Assembly (NCBI GenBank): GCA_040755995.1
Contig: JBFMAF010000045.1
Span: 1-64,000 of the forward strand
Source: Acidobacteriota bacterium
GTDB lineage: Bacteria; Acidobacteriota; CAIWXX01
Direction: 5' to 3'
DNA length: 64,000 nucleotides
Shown piece after piece: positions 1 through 8,602 of this stretch. How positions within the stretch are numbered: the first letter of the stretch is position 1; each line of letters opens with the position of its first letter. The notes beneath the pieces were generated by a model. The model made no database searches. It had not been told where the DNA came from and was given only the letters and a program-made list of their open reading frames with translations. A program made the position numbers and the translations under genes.

Positions 1-36
1 ACGTCGCGTCATTCGCTCTGAATTCCCACGGTAGTC

Positions 37-122
37 ACTCCCAACTCTCGACTGTCGACTCTCGACGCGAGGCGGGGCCAAAGCGGCCTGGCATGGTTCA
101 TCGGTCTGAGGCCCCGCCTCGC
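37..122. repeat. Heptamer tandem repeat (ACTCTCG-like x4, 37-66) followed by a perfect 13-bp inverted repeat (67-79/110-122)
   Basis: actccca actctcg actgtcg actctcg; gcgaggcggggcc ... ggccccgcctcgc; lies downstream of the ArsA-like pair on the minus strand. Confidence 0.7.
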
Positions 123-204
123 TAGTACATACGGGGGGCGGCCGGTAGTGCGAGGAGGAGTGTACCCGAGCTGTCTGCATAGCTGGGTCGTGGCCTCTGC
201 GCCT

Positions 205-1362
205 TCACACGGCTCCTCCTTGACCCACAACCTTCCTCTTGTGCGTCGTTGGTCCGAGGCCGCGCCTTCGCTTCCTGGCGACCCTGCCGGACTCGAGCGC
301 CTCGGCCATCCGGCGCAGGCTGTGCATGTCGTGAATGTCCTCTTCCAGGATCGGCAGCGCCGTCAAGGTAAGCCGGCGATCGATCGCAGCCTGGATGAGC
401 TGCGACTCACGCGAGGCGATGTCCTGGAAGCTGAGATAATTGCGCAGCAACGCGGCGGTCGGACCCTCAGGGTCGTCCGTGGTCGATTCCACGATCCTCT
501 TCCGATCCTCTTCCGCCAGCGCCGGCATCGTGTGAACGCGGTTGAGGATAAAGCCTGCGAAGTTCATGTCCCGCGATTCCAGAGTCGTCTGGAGGAGCGT
601 GGCTTCGCTTAGCGATGCCGCGGTCGGCGCCGCCACGGCGACGAATGCCACCTCACGCGACCGGAGCAGTTCCATCACCCGCCCGGATCGCTCGCGGAAG
701 CCGTCGTAGAGCGATGTGAAGGCTCGAAAGAAGTCGGAGAGGTCGTGGACGAACTGAAGGCCGAAGATGTGGTCGACAAACCCGACGACGCGGTCGGCTC
801 CCCGCCGGAGGAAGCTCAACGAGATCCTGCCGGCGGCGAAGTAGGGGCGAATGAGCCACTTGAGAATGCTCTCCTGCAGCATGTTCTGCATCCGGTCTGG
901 CGCATCGAGGAAGTCGAGCGCGTGCCTGGTCGGAGGCGTGTCGAGCACGATGGTCTCGAACTCGTTCCGCCCGTGCAACTCGTAGAGCTTCTCCATCGCC
1001 ATGTAGTTCTCCGTGCCCGCGATCTTCGAAGAGATTGTCTGGTAGTAGCGGTTGGAGAGAATCTGCTGCGCCACCTCCGCCGAGGCGTACTTGAGAATCA
1101 GGGCATCGAACGTGCGCTTCGAATCCAGCATCATGGCGGACAGATCGACACCTTCGAAAGCTATGCGCCGGGGCTCGTTGCGGAGCGACTCGATACCCAT
1201 GGCGGTGGCCAGACGGCGTGCAGGATCGATCGTCGCCACAACCGCCTTCTTGCCGTCCAGAGCCGCCTTCAGCGCCAGTGCCGCTGAGACAGACGTCTTG
1301 CCTACTCCGCCGCTCCCGCAGCAGATGATGACGGGGTGGCCGAGCAGCTCTCGAAGCGTCAT
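205..1362 (-). CDS. ArsA/Get3-family (anion-transporting ATPase-like) protein, second of tandem pair
   Basis: Deviant Walker A GSGGVGKT, switch I TIDPARRL, switch II LDTPPT, LNRV motif. Confidence 0.9.
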   Translation of the reverse strand: MTLRELLGHPVIICCGSGGVGKTSVSAALALKAALDGKKAVVATIDPARRLATAMGIESLRNEPRRIAFEGVDLSAMMLDSKRTFDALILKYASAEVAQQILSNRYYQTISSKIAGTENYMAMEKLYELHGRNEFETIVLDTPPTRHALDFLDAPDRMQNMLQESILKWLIRPYFAAGRISLSFLRRGADRVVGFVDHIFGLQFVHDLSDFFRAFTSLYDGFRERSGRVMELLRSREVAFVAVAAPTAASLSEATLLQTTLESRDMNFAGFILNRVHTMPALAEEDRKRIVESTTDDPEGPTAALLRNYLSFQDIASRESQLIQAAIDRRLTLTALPILEEDIHDMHSLRRMAEALESGRVARKRRRGLGPTTHKRKVVGQGGAV

Positions 1363-1420
1363 GCGCCCGCTCGCTCGCGTACGGCGCGGCTCGGACCGCC
1401 CGCGAATCGATAACGCGACA

Positions 1421-2380
1421 TCAGAGAGCCCTCCGGATCACCTCGGCCACGCGCTCGACCACGCGCGCGGGATCGCTTGAGTCGAACACGAAGGGGACCT
1501 GGAAGAAGGGACCGGAGAGATCGTTCGCCATCTTCTTCAAGTAGTGCTCATGCAGCTGCCTCCAGCGCATTTCCTCATGAGCACTCCCGTACACGTAAGC
1601 AGCGTGTTCCTCGTCGACGCCGATCCCGGCGAGGGCCGATCGCACAGCCCGCTGAACTCTGGTGGGATGGGCCAGAGCGTCCCCATAGAACCGCTTCGGG
1701 AGGATCGCGTTGACGACCACACCCGCCGGCTTCATCTGGATCTCGGCGGTAAGCATGTGGTGGAGCTCGATTGACTCGGCGACCGGCATCTCCTCGGGCA
1801 GCGTGACCAGCAGGAATGCGCTCCGCTGCGGGTCCCGCATGAGATCTACGAGCAACCGAGCCTTGGACGCGATCGGGCCGACCTTCAGCGTATTGACTAC
1901 CTCCAGCGGCGCCCGCAGCATGTTCACTGTCTGGCCGCTCGGGTAGCCGTCCACGACAACCAGATCGTATGCCTGCCTGCCGCGATGCTTCTCGTCCTGC
2001 AGTTTCCAGATTTTGCCGAAGGTCAGCAGCTCCTTGATCCCCGGTGCCGCGTCCACGAAGTACCTGTAGAAAGGATGCGCAGCGATCCGATCGGTGAGGC
2101 GCTTCACCGGTAGAACCAGATTCAAGTAGTCGCGCACCGCTTCACGGCCGGTGACATTGATCATCCAGATCCGCTCGGCCACCTCGGCGACCCCGTAAGT
2201 CGCCGCCGGCTTGCCGAATAGGCGTGCTGCACTCAGGCGCGCATCGAGCTCGACCAGCATCGTCTTCAATCCCAGGTGCCGGCTGGATACCATCGCGAGC
2301 GCCGCAGCAACGGTGGACTTGCCCACCCCACCCTTCCCCGTCACCAGGATCACGCGTCGCCGGAAAATCTCGCGCAACAC
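1421..2380 (-). CDS. ArsA/Get3-family ATPase, first of tandem pair
   Basis: VTGKGGVGKST, APGIKEL, VVVDGYPSG, VTLPEEMPVAESIE, VVNA; GTG start. Confidence 0.88.
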   Translation of the reverse strand: MLREIFRRRVILVTGKGGVGKSTVAAALAMVSSRHLGLKTMLVELDARLSAARLFGKPAATYGVAEVAERIWMINVTGREAVRDYLNLVLPVKRLTDRIAAHPFYRYFVDAAPGIKELLTFGKIWKLQDEKHRGRQAYDLVVVDGYPSGQTVNMLRAPLEVVNTLKVGPIASKARLLVDLMRDPQRSAFLLVTLPEEMPVAESIELHHMLTAEIQMKPAGVVVNAILPKRFYGDALAHPTRVQRAVRSALAGIGVDEEHAAYVYGSAHEEMRWRQLHEHYLKKMANDLSGPFFQVPFVFDSSDPARVVERVAEVIRRAL

Positions 2381-2385
2381 AGCAG

Positions 2386-2548
2386 ATGAACTATGAAGTA
2401 TGAAGCATGAAGAATGAAATCCGCGTTGAGGGGGCGGTGGTCGGCCTTATCATGCCCCGTTTCCCCCTCCTCCCTGTTCGCCGTCTCGCCGGGCCATGGC
2501 CTCCGTCAGTCGTTCGACTCCTTTCATACTTCACACTTCAGACTTCAC
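2386..2548. repeat. Pair of inverted heptamer tandem arrays (ATGAAGN x5 at 2386-2420; ACTTCAN x4 at 2521-2548)
   Basis: atgaact atgaagt atgaagc atgaaga atgaaat ... ctttcat acttcac acttcag acttcac; the arrays are reverse complements separated by 100 bp. Confidence 0.85.
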
Positions 2549-3328
2549 ATGCCCCGCTACTGTCCCATCCAGCAGCAGTCCCATATGCCCCATGAGGGGC
2601 ATTTCGATATTTCTGGCCCCCTCCAGAATCGACGCTGTATATGGAAAGACCAGGTTGTCGGCCCGTGTGTAGAGCGAGACGACACGGCAGGGAAGAGATG
2701 CCTCGTTGAGCCGGTTGAGGAATGGGCTGCCCGGCACCATGTCCCGGGCATTGCGCCCGGGCGCGATCCGCGCCAGCGGCGTGCCGTTGTGAGGGCTGCC
2801 CAAGGTAACCAGCACACCCACGCGGGCGGCGAGAGCAGGGTCTCTCAGAGCGGATCGAGCCACAAGGCCGCCCATACTGTGCGCGACCAGCGCAATGCGC
2901 CCGGCCGGGTGGGCTGCCATGATCCGCGTGAGATCCTCGGCCAGGTACTTCGACAGCTCGTCGATTGGGGCGAAGACCTTGGGGAGCGTGATGCCGTACA
3001 CCGGACGACTCAGGCGCAGTCGCCTTCGAAGGAAGCAGAAGCCGCTGGCGTCCATCGTGTAGCCGTGGCAGAAGACGACGGGTGATCCCGCCTCGCTCCG
3101 GTTGAACGCACGAACCCGACGGCGCAGCGGCCGGAAGAGGCGCATGGCCATGAACAGGGCAAAATGGTTGCTCTCGACGAGGAAGACGGCGAGCAGCCGA
3201 GCGGCCGGAGGGTTCCCGTCCGGATGTTTTTTTCGACAATAGTAGTAATGATACGCGAGCGTACCGCCGGTGTAGATGTAGCACCAGAGGTAGGGGAGCG
3301 CCACTACGAGGAGCGCGATCTTCCACAT
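2531..3328 (-). CDS. Membrane-anchored alpha/beta hydrolase (lipase/esterase-like)
   Basis: N-terminal hydrophobic segments, oxyanion HGY, nucleophile elbow AHSMGG, TLGSPHNGT, catalytic D (ADNLV) and H (GHMGL). Confidence 0.85.
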   Translation of the reverse strand: MWKIALLVVALPYLWCYIYTGGTLAYHYYYCRKKHPDGNPPAARLLAVFLVESNHFALFMAMRLFRPLRRRVRAFNRSEAGSPVVFCHGYTMDASGFCFLRRRLRLSRPVYGITLPKVFAPIDELSKYLAEDLTRIMAAHPAGRIALVAHSMGGLVARSALRDPALAARVGVLVTLGSPHNGTPLARIAPGRNARDMVPGSPFLNRLNEASLPCRVVSLYTRADNLVFPYTASILEGARNIEMPLMGHMGLLLDGTVAGHVKSEV

Positions 3329-3329
3329 C

Positions 3330-3683
3330 TCAGGCCGGAGGCCGGCGTTCTCCGTGTTCAGCAGTCACCGTCGTGTGTATCCCGCCCCGGACGTAGAAGT
3401 CCGCCATCACCCTCATGTAGCGTGGATGTGTCGCGTCCACGAGGTCCTCGAGTATCTTGTTGGTCACGGCTTCGTGGAACGCACCCTGGTTCCTGTACGA
3501 CCAGAGATAGATCTTGAGGCTCTTGAGCTCGACGCACAACCTGTCTGGCACGTAGCGGATATCGATCCTTGCGAAATCCGGCTGGCCGGTGCGCGGGCAC
3601 AGGCAGGTGAACTCGGGGCATTCCATGTGGATCTCGTAGTCCCGCTGCGGCGCGGGATTCTCGAATGTTTCCAGCGTGCTCAT
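3330..3683 (-). CDS. queF: NADPH-dependent preQ0 reductase (preQ1 synthase)
   Basis: [10 protein letters not shown] start, [34 protein letters not shown]; true ATG taken at 3683. Confidence 0.95.
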   Translation of the reverse strand: MSTLETFENPAPQRDYEIHMECPEFTCLCPRTGQPDFARIDIRYVPDRLCVELKSLKIYLWSYRNQGAFHEAVTNKILEDLVDATHPRYMRVMADFYVRGGIHTTVTAEHGERRPPA

Positions 3684-3715
3684 GCGTCTACGATATCCGT
3701 CCCACACGGCAGGGT
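3652..3715. repeat. Direct repeat copy 1 (queF upstream region plus first codons)
   Basis: 58/64 identical to 4818-4881 by manual alignment. Confidence 0.9.
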
Positions 3716-3741
3716 TTCGATCCAAGGCTTGGCGGTCTGTA

Positions 3742-4806
3742 TCATTCTTCGGCCTCCAGGCTCATCATGAGTTTCTCGATCCGCTTCGGCTGGGGCAGTT
3801 CCTTGGCCAAAGACTTTGGCAGGCGTTTCACAATGTGATAAGACGACACACCGATGGGCATATTGCTTTCGCGCAAAGCGTATTCGACTATGGCGCGGTC
3901 CTTGGTGCGGCAAAGGATCATGCCGATTGACGGATTCTCCTCTTTCATCCTCACCGTCTCGTCAAGAGCCGCAAGATAGAATTGCATCTTGCCTACGAAC
4001 TCGGGCTGAAACTCGCCGACCTTCAGTTCCACGGCCAGAAGGCACTTCAAGCCGCGATGGTAGAGCAAGAGATCAATGAAGTACTCCCGGCCGCCGATTT
4101 GCAGCCGGTACTGGGTGCCCACGAAGGCGAAGCGGCTGCCCATCGCCCGCAGGAACTGTTCGATCTTCGCCAAGATCACCCGCTCCATTTCTCGCTCGCA
4201 GTGCTCTTCCCCCAGCTCCAGGAAATCAAAGGTGTACTCATCTCTCACGGCGAGCTTAGCCTGATCCTTGTATCTTGCGGCCAGCGTCCTGTCGAAGTTC
4301 GTCTGGCCGCGCAGGGTCTTTTCGTACGTCTGGTTCTCGATCTGGAGTGCCAGGACATTCTTGGACCAGCCGAACTTCCGCGTCATGCGGATGTAAAACT
4401 CGCGTTCCAGCGGATCCCGGCAGCGCTGGAAGATGCCGAGATTGTGTGCCCACCCGATTGTTGCAGCCAGTGGTTGCAATCTTGGAGAGTCGCGGTACTC
4501 GACATAGAACTCCGCCATGTTGAAGAGGTTCCGCCAGGAGAAGCCGGCCACGCCTGGGAACTCCGTTTGCAGATCGGCGGCAAGACGCTTGACCACTGCG
4601 TCACCGTGGGAACCGGCGGCTTGACGTTCGGTGATCATTCGTCCGATGTCCCAGTAGAGGGTGACAAGCTCCTTGTTGACCGTCTTGAGCGCCTCATACT
4701 GGGCAGAACGAATGCGTTCCTTGATCTTTCCCAACAGCTGGCCGTAGCCGGATGGCAGACGGCTGAGCGATCTGACGGGAAGCGGCGCCCTAAGACCTCT
4801 AGTCAT
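3742..4806 (-). CDS. DUF1016/YhcG-family PD-(D/E)XK nuclease-like protein
   Basis: [68 protein letters not shown]. Confidence 0.92.
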   Translation of the reverse strand: MTRGLRAPLPVRSLSRLPSGYGQLLGKIKERIRSAQYEALKTVNKELVTLYWDIGRMITERQAAGSHGDAVVKRLAADLQTEFPGVAGFSWRNLFNMAEFYVEYRDSPRLQPLAATIGWAHNLGIFQRCRDPLEREFYIRMTRKFGWSKNVLALQIENQTYEKTLRGQTNFDRTLAARYKDQAKLAVRDEYTFDFLELGEEHCEREMERVILAKIEQFLRAMGSRFAFVGTQYRLQIGGREYFIDLLLYHRGLKCLLAVELKVGEFQPEFVGKMQFYLAALDETVRMKEENPSIGMILCRTKDRAIVEYALRESNMPIGVSSYHIVKRLPKSLAKELPQPKRIEKLMMSLEAEE

Positions 4807-4817
4807 GACTGCTCGGT

Positions 4818-4885
4818 GCGGGATTCTCGAATGTCTCCAACGTGCTCATGCGCCTACGATACCCGCGCCACACGGCAGGGTCAAG
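4818..4885 (-). promoter_or_regulatory. Direct repeat copy 2 with sigma70-like promoter and leaderless queF-derived mini-ORF
   Basis: Minus strand TTGACC-17-TATCGT, 6 nt, then ATG AGC ACG TTG GAG ACA TTC GAG AAT CCC GCA CCG ([12 protein letters not shown]) SSHD*; stop overlaps the DUF1016 start region. Confidence 0.7.
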
Positions 4886-4978
4886 GAAAAGGCAAAATGG
4901 GAGTGGGCTGCTGAGCTACTGAATGCTGCGCTTGACAATGTTGGATGGGGAGTGGTGTGATCGGCGGCGGAGGATCAG

Positions 4979-5851
4979 ATGGCCTGCAGCACCTTCCGCA
5001 TCGCGCACCTGTCTGATCTGCATCTGACACCGCGCGACGACGACCCGCGATCGGAGCCACGTCTATTCGGGAAGCTGAAGGGAATGAACGCCGCCTTCAG
5101 GCGGCTGGCACGTGCGCAGGAGGTACAGTCGGCAGATGCTCTCTTGATCACAGGAGACGTCACCGATCGGGGCGATCTCGCTACGTGGAGACACTTCTGG
5201 GAGACGCTGGACAAGGCCTTGCTGAGAGAGCGGACCATCGTCATCCCGGGAAACCACGACGTTTGTTGTCTCGGGCTTCGCCCGCCCGCGCCGAGCCGGA
5301 TGCAATCCAGCTGGCAGCGCATGGAACGGGGGCTTCGTCTTGCGAATCAGCCGACGCGGTTCCCCTGGGCGGCGACTCTGGGCGGCGGCCGGGCTGTCAT
5401 GTTCGCGCTGGATTCATGCAACGCCGGCAATACATCCTTCCTTACGAATGCAATCGGGGCGATCGGGCACTTTCAGCTCGAAGCGTTCGCGCGCCTGCTC
5501 AGGAAGCACCGCGACACTCCCATCAAGATCGTCGCGCTCCACCACAGCCCCAACATTCCGAGTGCGGAGACGGAGAGGAAGCGAGGGATGAACCCGATGA
5601 GCCGCTTCGAGCGCCTGACGTTGCAGGTGCCGGAAGCAGATCGAAGGGCGTTGCGCATGTTGTGCATCGCCGGCGGCGTCCGGCTCGTGGTGCACGGCCA
5701 TCTACATCGGGCCGAAGACCGGCGGGTTTCGGGGGTCCGCATCGTCGGAAGCCCGGCAAGCACAGAGCCCGGCGAGGACGGCCGTCTGCGGTATCTCTGC
5801 TACGAGCTGCGTGCGGACCAGCGCGTGCGCGTGAGACTCGCCGTGGCCTAG
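4979..5851 (+). CDS. Calcineurin-like metallophosphoesterase
   Basis: HLSDLH, ITGDVTD, PGNHD, LHHSP, HGHLH. Confidence 0.92.
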   Translation: MACSTFRIAHLSDLHLTPRDDDPRSEPRLFGKLKGMNAAFRRLARAQEVQSADALLITGDVTDRGDLATWRHFWETLDKALLRERTIVIPGNHDVCCLGLRPPAPSRMQSSWQRMERGLRLANQPTRFPWAATLGGGRAVMFALDSCNAGNTSFLTNAIGAIGHFQLEAFARLLRKHRDTPIKIVALHHSPNIPSAETERKRGMNPMSRFERLTLQVPEADRRALRMLCIAGGVRLVVHGHLHRAEDRRVSGVRIVGSPASTEPGEDGRLRYLCYELRADQRVRVRLAVA

Positions 5852-5959
5852 GAAGTGTGCGCCGGGACGCTGGCGAATGCATGAATGCGAACGGCCATTG
5901 AAGGTCGCGCGAGGTCGGCGTTGGGTTCCATTTCTCCGAACCCGAACCCCCGATCGGCC

Positions 5960-5988
5960 TTGACAGGCCACCGCCTTTCGCCTATATG
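5960..5988 (+). promoter_or_regulatory. Predicted sigma70 promoter upstream of the ABC-ATPase/DUF4276-like pair
   Basis: TTGACA-17 bp-TATATG. Confidence 0.55.
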
Positions 5989-6238
5989 AGCCTTATGACT
6001 CGGGTGTTGATCCGCCACTACATAGTCTGCTCGGCGTGGGACCTCCAAGGCAAGATGACAGATAGTGAGCTACCTGTGGCGCGTCCCGTGTTGCTGCTGC
6101 AGACGTGCGAGGAGCCGCGCAGACAGGAGTGGTGCCGCCCCCTCACGAAGCGGTTCAGCGCATCCAGGCAAGGCGTGTGCCCATGCGTTCCCCACGACCA
6201 TTCAGGTGGACTGTGCTGGAGCGCTCCGGAGAAACTTC

Positions 6239-7747
6239 ATGCTCACTAGATTGAAAGTCTCCGGCTTCAAGAACTTGGTCGATGTTGATGTCCGCTTCGG
6301 GCCATTCACCTGCGTGGCAGGGGTCAACGGTGTGGGCAAGTCGAATCTCTTCGATGCGATCAGGTTGCTCAGTGCGCTTGCTGATCGTCCTCTGGTAGAC
6401 GCGGCTCTGTCGGTCCGGGACGAGGGAGGCCGCACGACTGATGTTAGAAGCCTTTTCCACAGGGTCGCCGATAACTGGGCGACTGAGATATCCTTCGAAG
6501 CGGAGATGATCGTCCCTTACGAGGCCTGGGATGATCTCGGGCAGAAGGCCAGGGCGAGCATCACGTTCCTGCGATACTCTTTGACGCTCGCCTACCGCCC
6601 GGACAACGGCATAGGCTCACTGGGTTCCCTCGAGCTCCGTCGCGAGGAGCTTGAGCACATAAACCTGGGTGACGCCCCACAGCACCTGCGGTTTGAGCAC
6701 GAACCATCCTGGCGCAAGTCTGCCGTCAAGGGTCGCAGGACATCGCCCTTCGTATCCACGCGGGACAAGGAAGGGGGGCGCGTCATCGAGCTGCATCAGG
6801 ATGGGACTCACGGAAGGCCGCTTTCGCGACTGGCGGCCAATCTTCCGCGAACGGTCGTTTCGAGCGCCAACGCCGCAGAGAGCCCGACGGCACTGCTCGC
6901 ACGCAGAGAAATGCAGTCCTGGAGGCTGTTGCATCTGGAGCCGTCGGCGCTCCGCCGGCCCGACGAATTCAAGGCGCCGCCCAGGCTCGGCCTTGACGGC
7001 GCACATCTCCCTGCGACTCTCTATCACTTGGCGCACCGCCACAAGGAGAACGGATCCGAGGATTCCGCGGCGGAGGAAACAGCCAGGCGGGTCTGCGCCC
7101 GCGTCGCCAATCGCCTTGCTGAGTTGATCACCGACGTATACGAAGTTCGCGTCGACAAGGACGATCGGCGCGAGCTTCTCACCCTGGAGGTGAGCAGCCG
7201 CGATGGAACCTCATACCCCGCAAGAGCGCTCTCCGACGGGACGCTTCGCTTCCTGGCCCTTGCCGTACTGGAGTTGGATCCCGAGGCCCATGGACTCTTG
7301 TGCCTGGAAGAGCCGGAGAATGGCATTCACCCGGAACGCATTCCCGCAATGCTGCGGCTCCTCCAGGACATCGCATCGAACACGCAGGAACCCGTCGGGC
7401 CGGACAATCCATTGCGCCAGGTGATCGTGAACACCCATTCTCCGGCAGTAGTGGCCCAGGTTCCAGACGACAGCCTGTTGGTGGCTGAGCTGAAGGAAGG
7501 CATTCGCAACGACAGGCGGTTCGAACGAGTGTGCTTCAGCCCATTGCCCAACACCTGGCGCCACCTGGCATCCAGCGACGTCGTGCCGGTAGCCCGCGGG
7601 AAACTGCTCGCCTACCTCAACCCGATCCAGCCCCCGTCGTGTCCCGGACATGACGAGAGGTCCGCAGCGCGTGGGATTGCCGTACGGCGTGTCGCGGACA
7701 GGCCGGACGTGCAACTCATCCTCCCCTTCCCCTCCGGGGGCGAGTGA
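6239..7747 (+). CDS. Non-transport ABC-type ATPase (AAA_21/OLD/AriA-like)
   Basis: MLTRLKVSGFKNL start with GGAG RBS; Walker A GVNGVGKS, signature LSDGT, Walker B LCLEEPENGIHP, H-loop NTHSP. Confidence 0.88.
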   Translation: MLTRLKVSGFKNLVDVDVRFGPFTCVAGVNGVGKSNLFDAIRLLSALADRPLVDAALSVRDEGGRTTDVRSLFHRVADNWATEISFEAEMIVPYEAWDDLGQKARASITFLRYSLTLAYRPDNGIGSLGSLELRREELEHINLGDAPQHLRFEHEPSWRKSAVKGRRTSPFVSTRDKEGGRVIELHQDGTHGRPLSRLAANLPRTVVSSANAAESPTALLARREMQSWRLLHLEPSALRRPDEFKAPPRLGLDGAHLPATLYHLAHRHKENGSEDSAAEETARRVCARVANRLAELITDVYEVRVDKDDRRELLTLEVSSRDGTSYPARALSDGTLRFLALAVLELDPEAHGLLCLEEPENGIHPERIPAMLRLLQDIASNTQEPVGPDNPLRQVIVNTHSPAVVAQVPDDSLLVAELKEGIRNDRRFERVCFSPLPNTWRHLASSDVVPVARGKLLAYLNPIQPPSCPGHDERSAARGIAVRRVADRPDVQLILPFPSGGE

Positions 7748-8389
7748 GTGCGGGACCTTCGCTACACGCTGCTTTCTGATGGCAGCTCGAACCGGGCTCT
7801 ATTGCCTGTCCTCACCTGGCTGCTCCATGAGAATCTTCCAGAATACTCGGTTCAATCCGAGTGGGCTGACCTCGGTCGTCTCAGACATCCACCGGGATCG
7901 CTGGCTGAACGCATGCGAATCGCGCTGGACCTCTATCCATGCGATCTCCTCTTTGTGCATCGGGACTCTGAGGGAGAATCATACCAGGCGCGAGTCGACG
8001 AGATACGCAACGCGGTCGGCACCGCGAAAGGGCGGGGCGTGGTTCCCCCGGCCATATGCGTCGTGCCCATCCGGATGATGGAGGCCTGGTTCCTCTTCGA
8101 CGAGGGCGCCCTGCGACGCGCCGCCGGCAACCCCCACGGACGGATGGTTCTGGAGCTGCCGAGAATAGGGAAGATCGAGGCAATACCGGACCCCAAGAGC
8201 CTCCTACACGGACTGCTGCGCGACGCCAGCGGCCTTCGGGGACAACGAAGAAAGAAACTGCCCGTTGACGCCTGTGTGCACCGGATAGCTGAGTTGTGCC
8301 GTTCCTTTGCGCCATTGCGAGAGCTGACCGCCTTCCATTCGCTCGAAAGGGAACTGGCCAATGTGCTGAGCCAACAGGGATGGCGGTGA
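7748..8389 (+). CDS. DUF4276/RloB-like (TOPRIM-type) partner of the upstream ATPase
   Basis: GTG directly follows the ATPase TGA; LLSDGSSN, LFVHRDSE, VVPIRMMEAWFL, IEAIPDPK resemble this family; family name by recognition only. Confidence 0.6.
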   Translation: MRDLRYTLLSDGSSNRALLPVLTWLLHENLPEYSVQSEWADLGRLRHPPGSLAERMRIALDLYPCDLLFVHRDSEGESYQARVDEIRNAVGTAKGRGVVPPAICVVPIRMMEAWFLFDEGALRRAAGNPHGRMVLELPRIGKIEAIPDPKSLLHGLLRDASGLRGQRRKKLPVDACVHRIAELCRSFAPLRELTAFHSLERELANVLSQQGWR

Positions 8390-8602
8390 GCTCAAGCGGC
8401 GCGGGTGCACGCCAGGCGCGTCCATCGTTGGGCAATCGGGCTTCGTGCACCGCCTCCGAGGCGTCACCGCCGACCTGGTCCAGCGGGTTCGTCCTTCAGG
8501 GGCACCCCCGTCGGTCTGACGGCACGACGGACACCGATATCAACAAGGACTTCCGTGAGACCTACGGGGCATGCGTGATCAGATGCGGCAGCGAGTTGCG
8601 CC

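Noticed and set aside
205..2380. Arsenic resistance operon
   Set aside because: No arsB/acr3, arsC, arsD or arsR in the window; the proteins are single-domain ArsA-like ATPases
6065..6238. Cys-rich N-terminal extension (PCCCC) of the ABC ATPase in the ORF track
   Set aside because: The family-typical start MLTRLKVSGFK with an RBS is at 6239; the extension looks like an open-frame artefact
8390..8602. Possible gene remnant between the DUF4276-like gene and ptrB (…TTDTDINKDFRETYG…)
   Set aside because: No start, RBS or recognisable family; cannot be supported without a search
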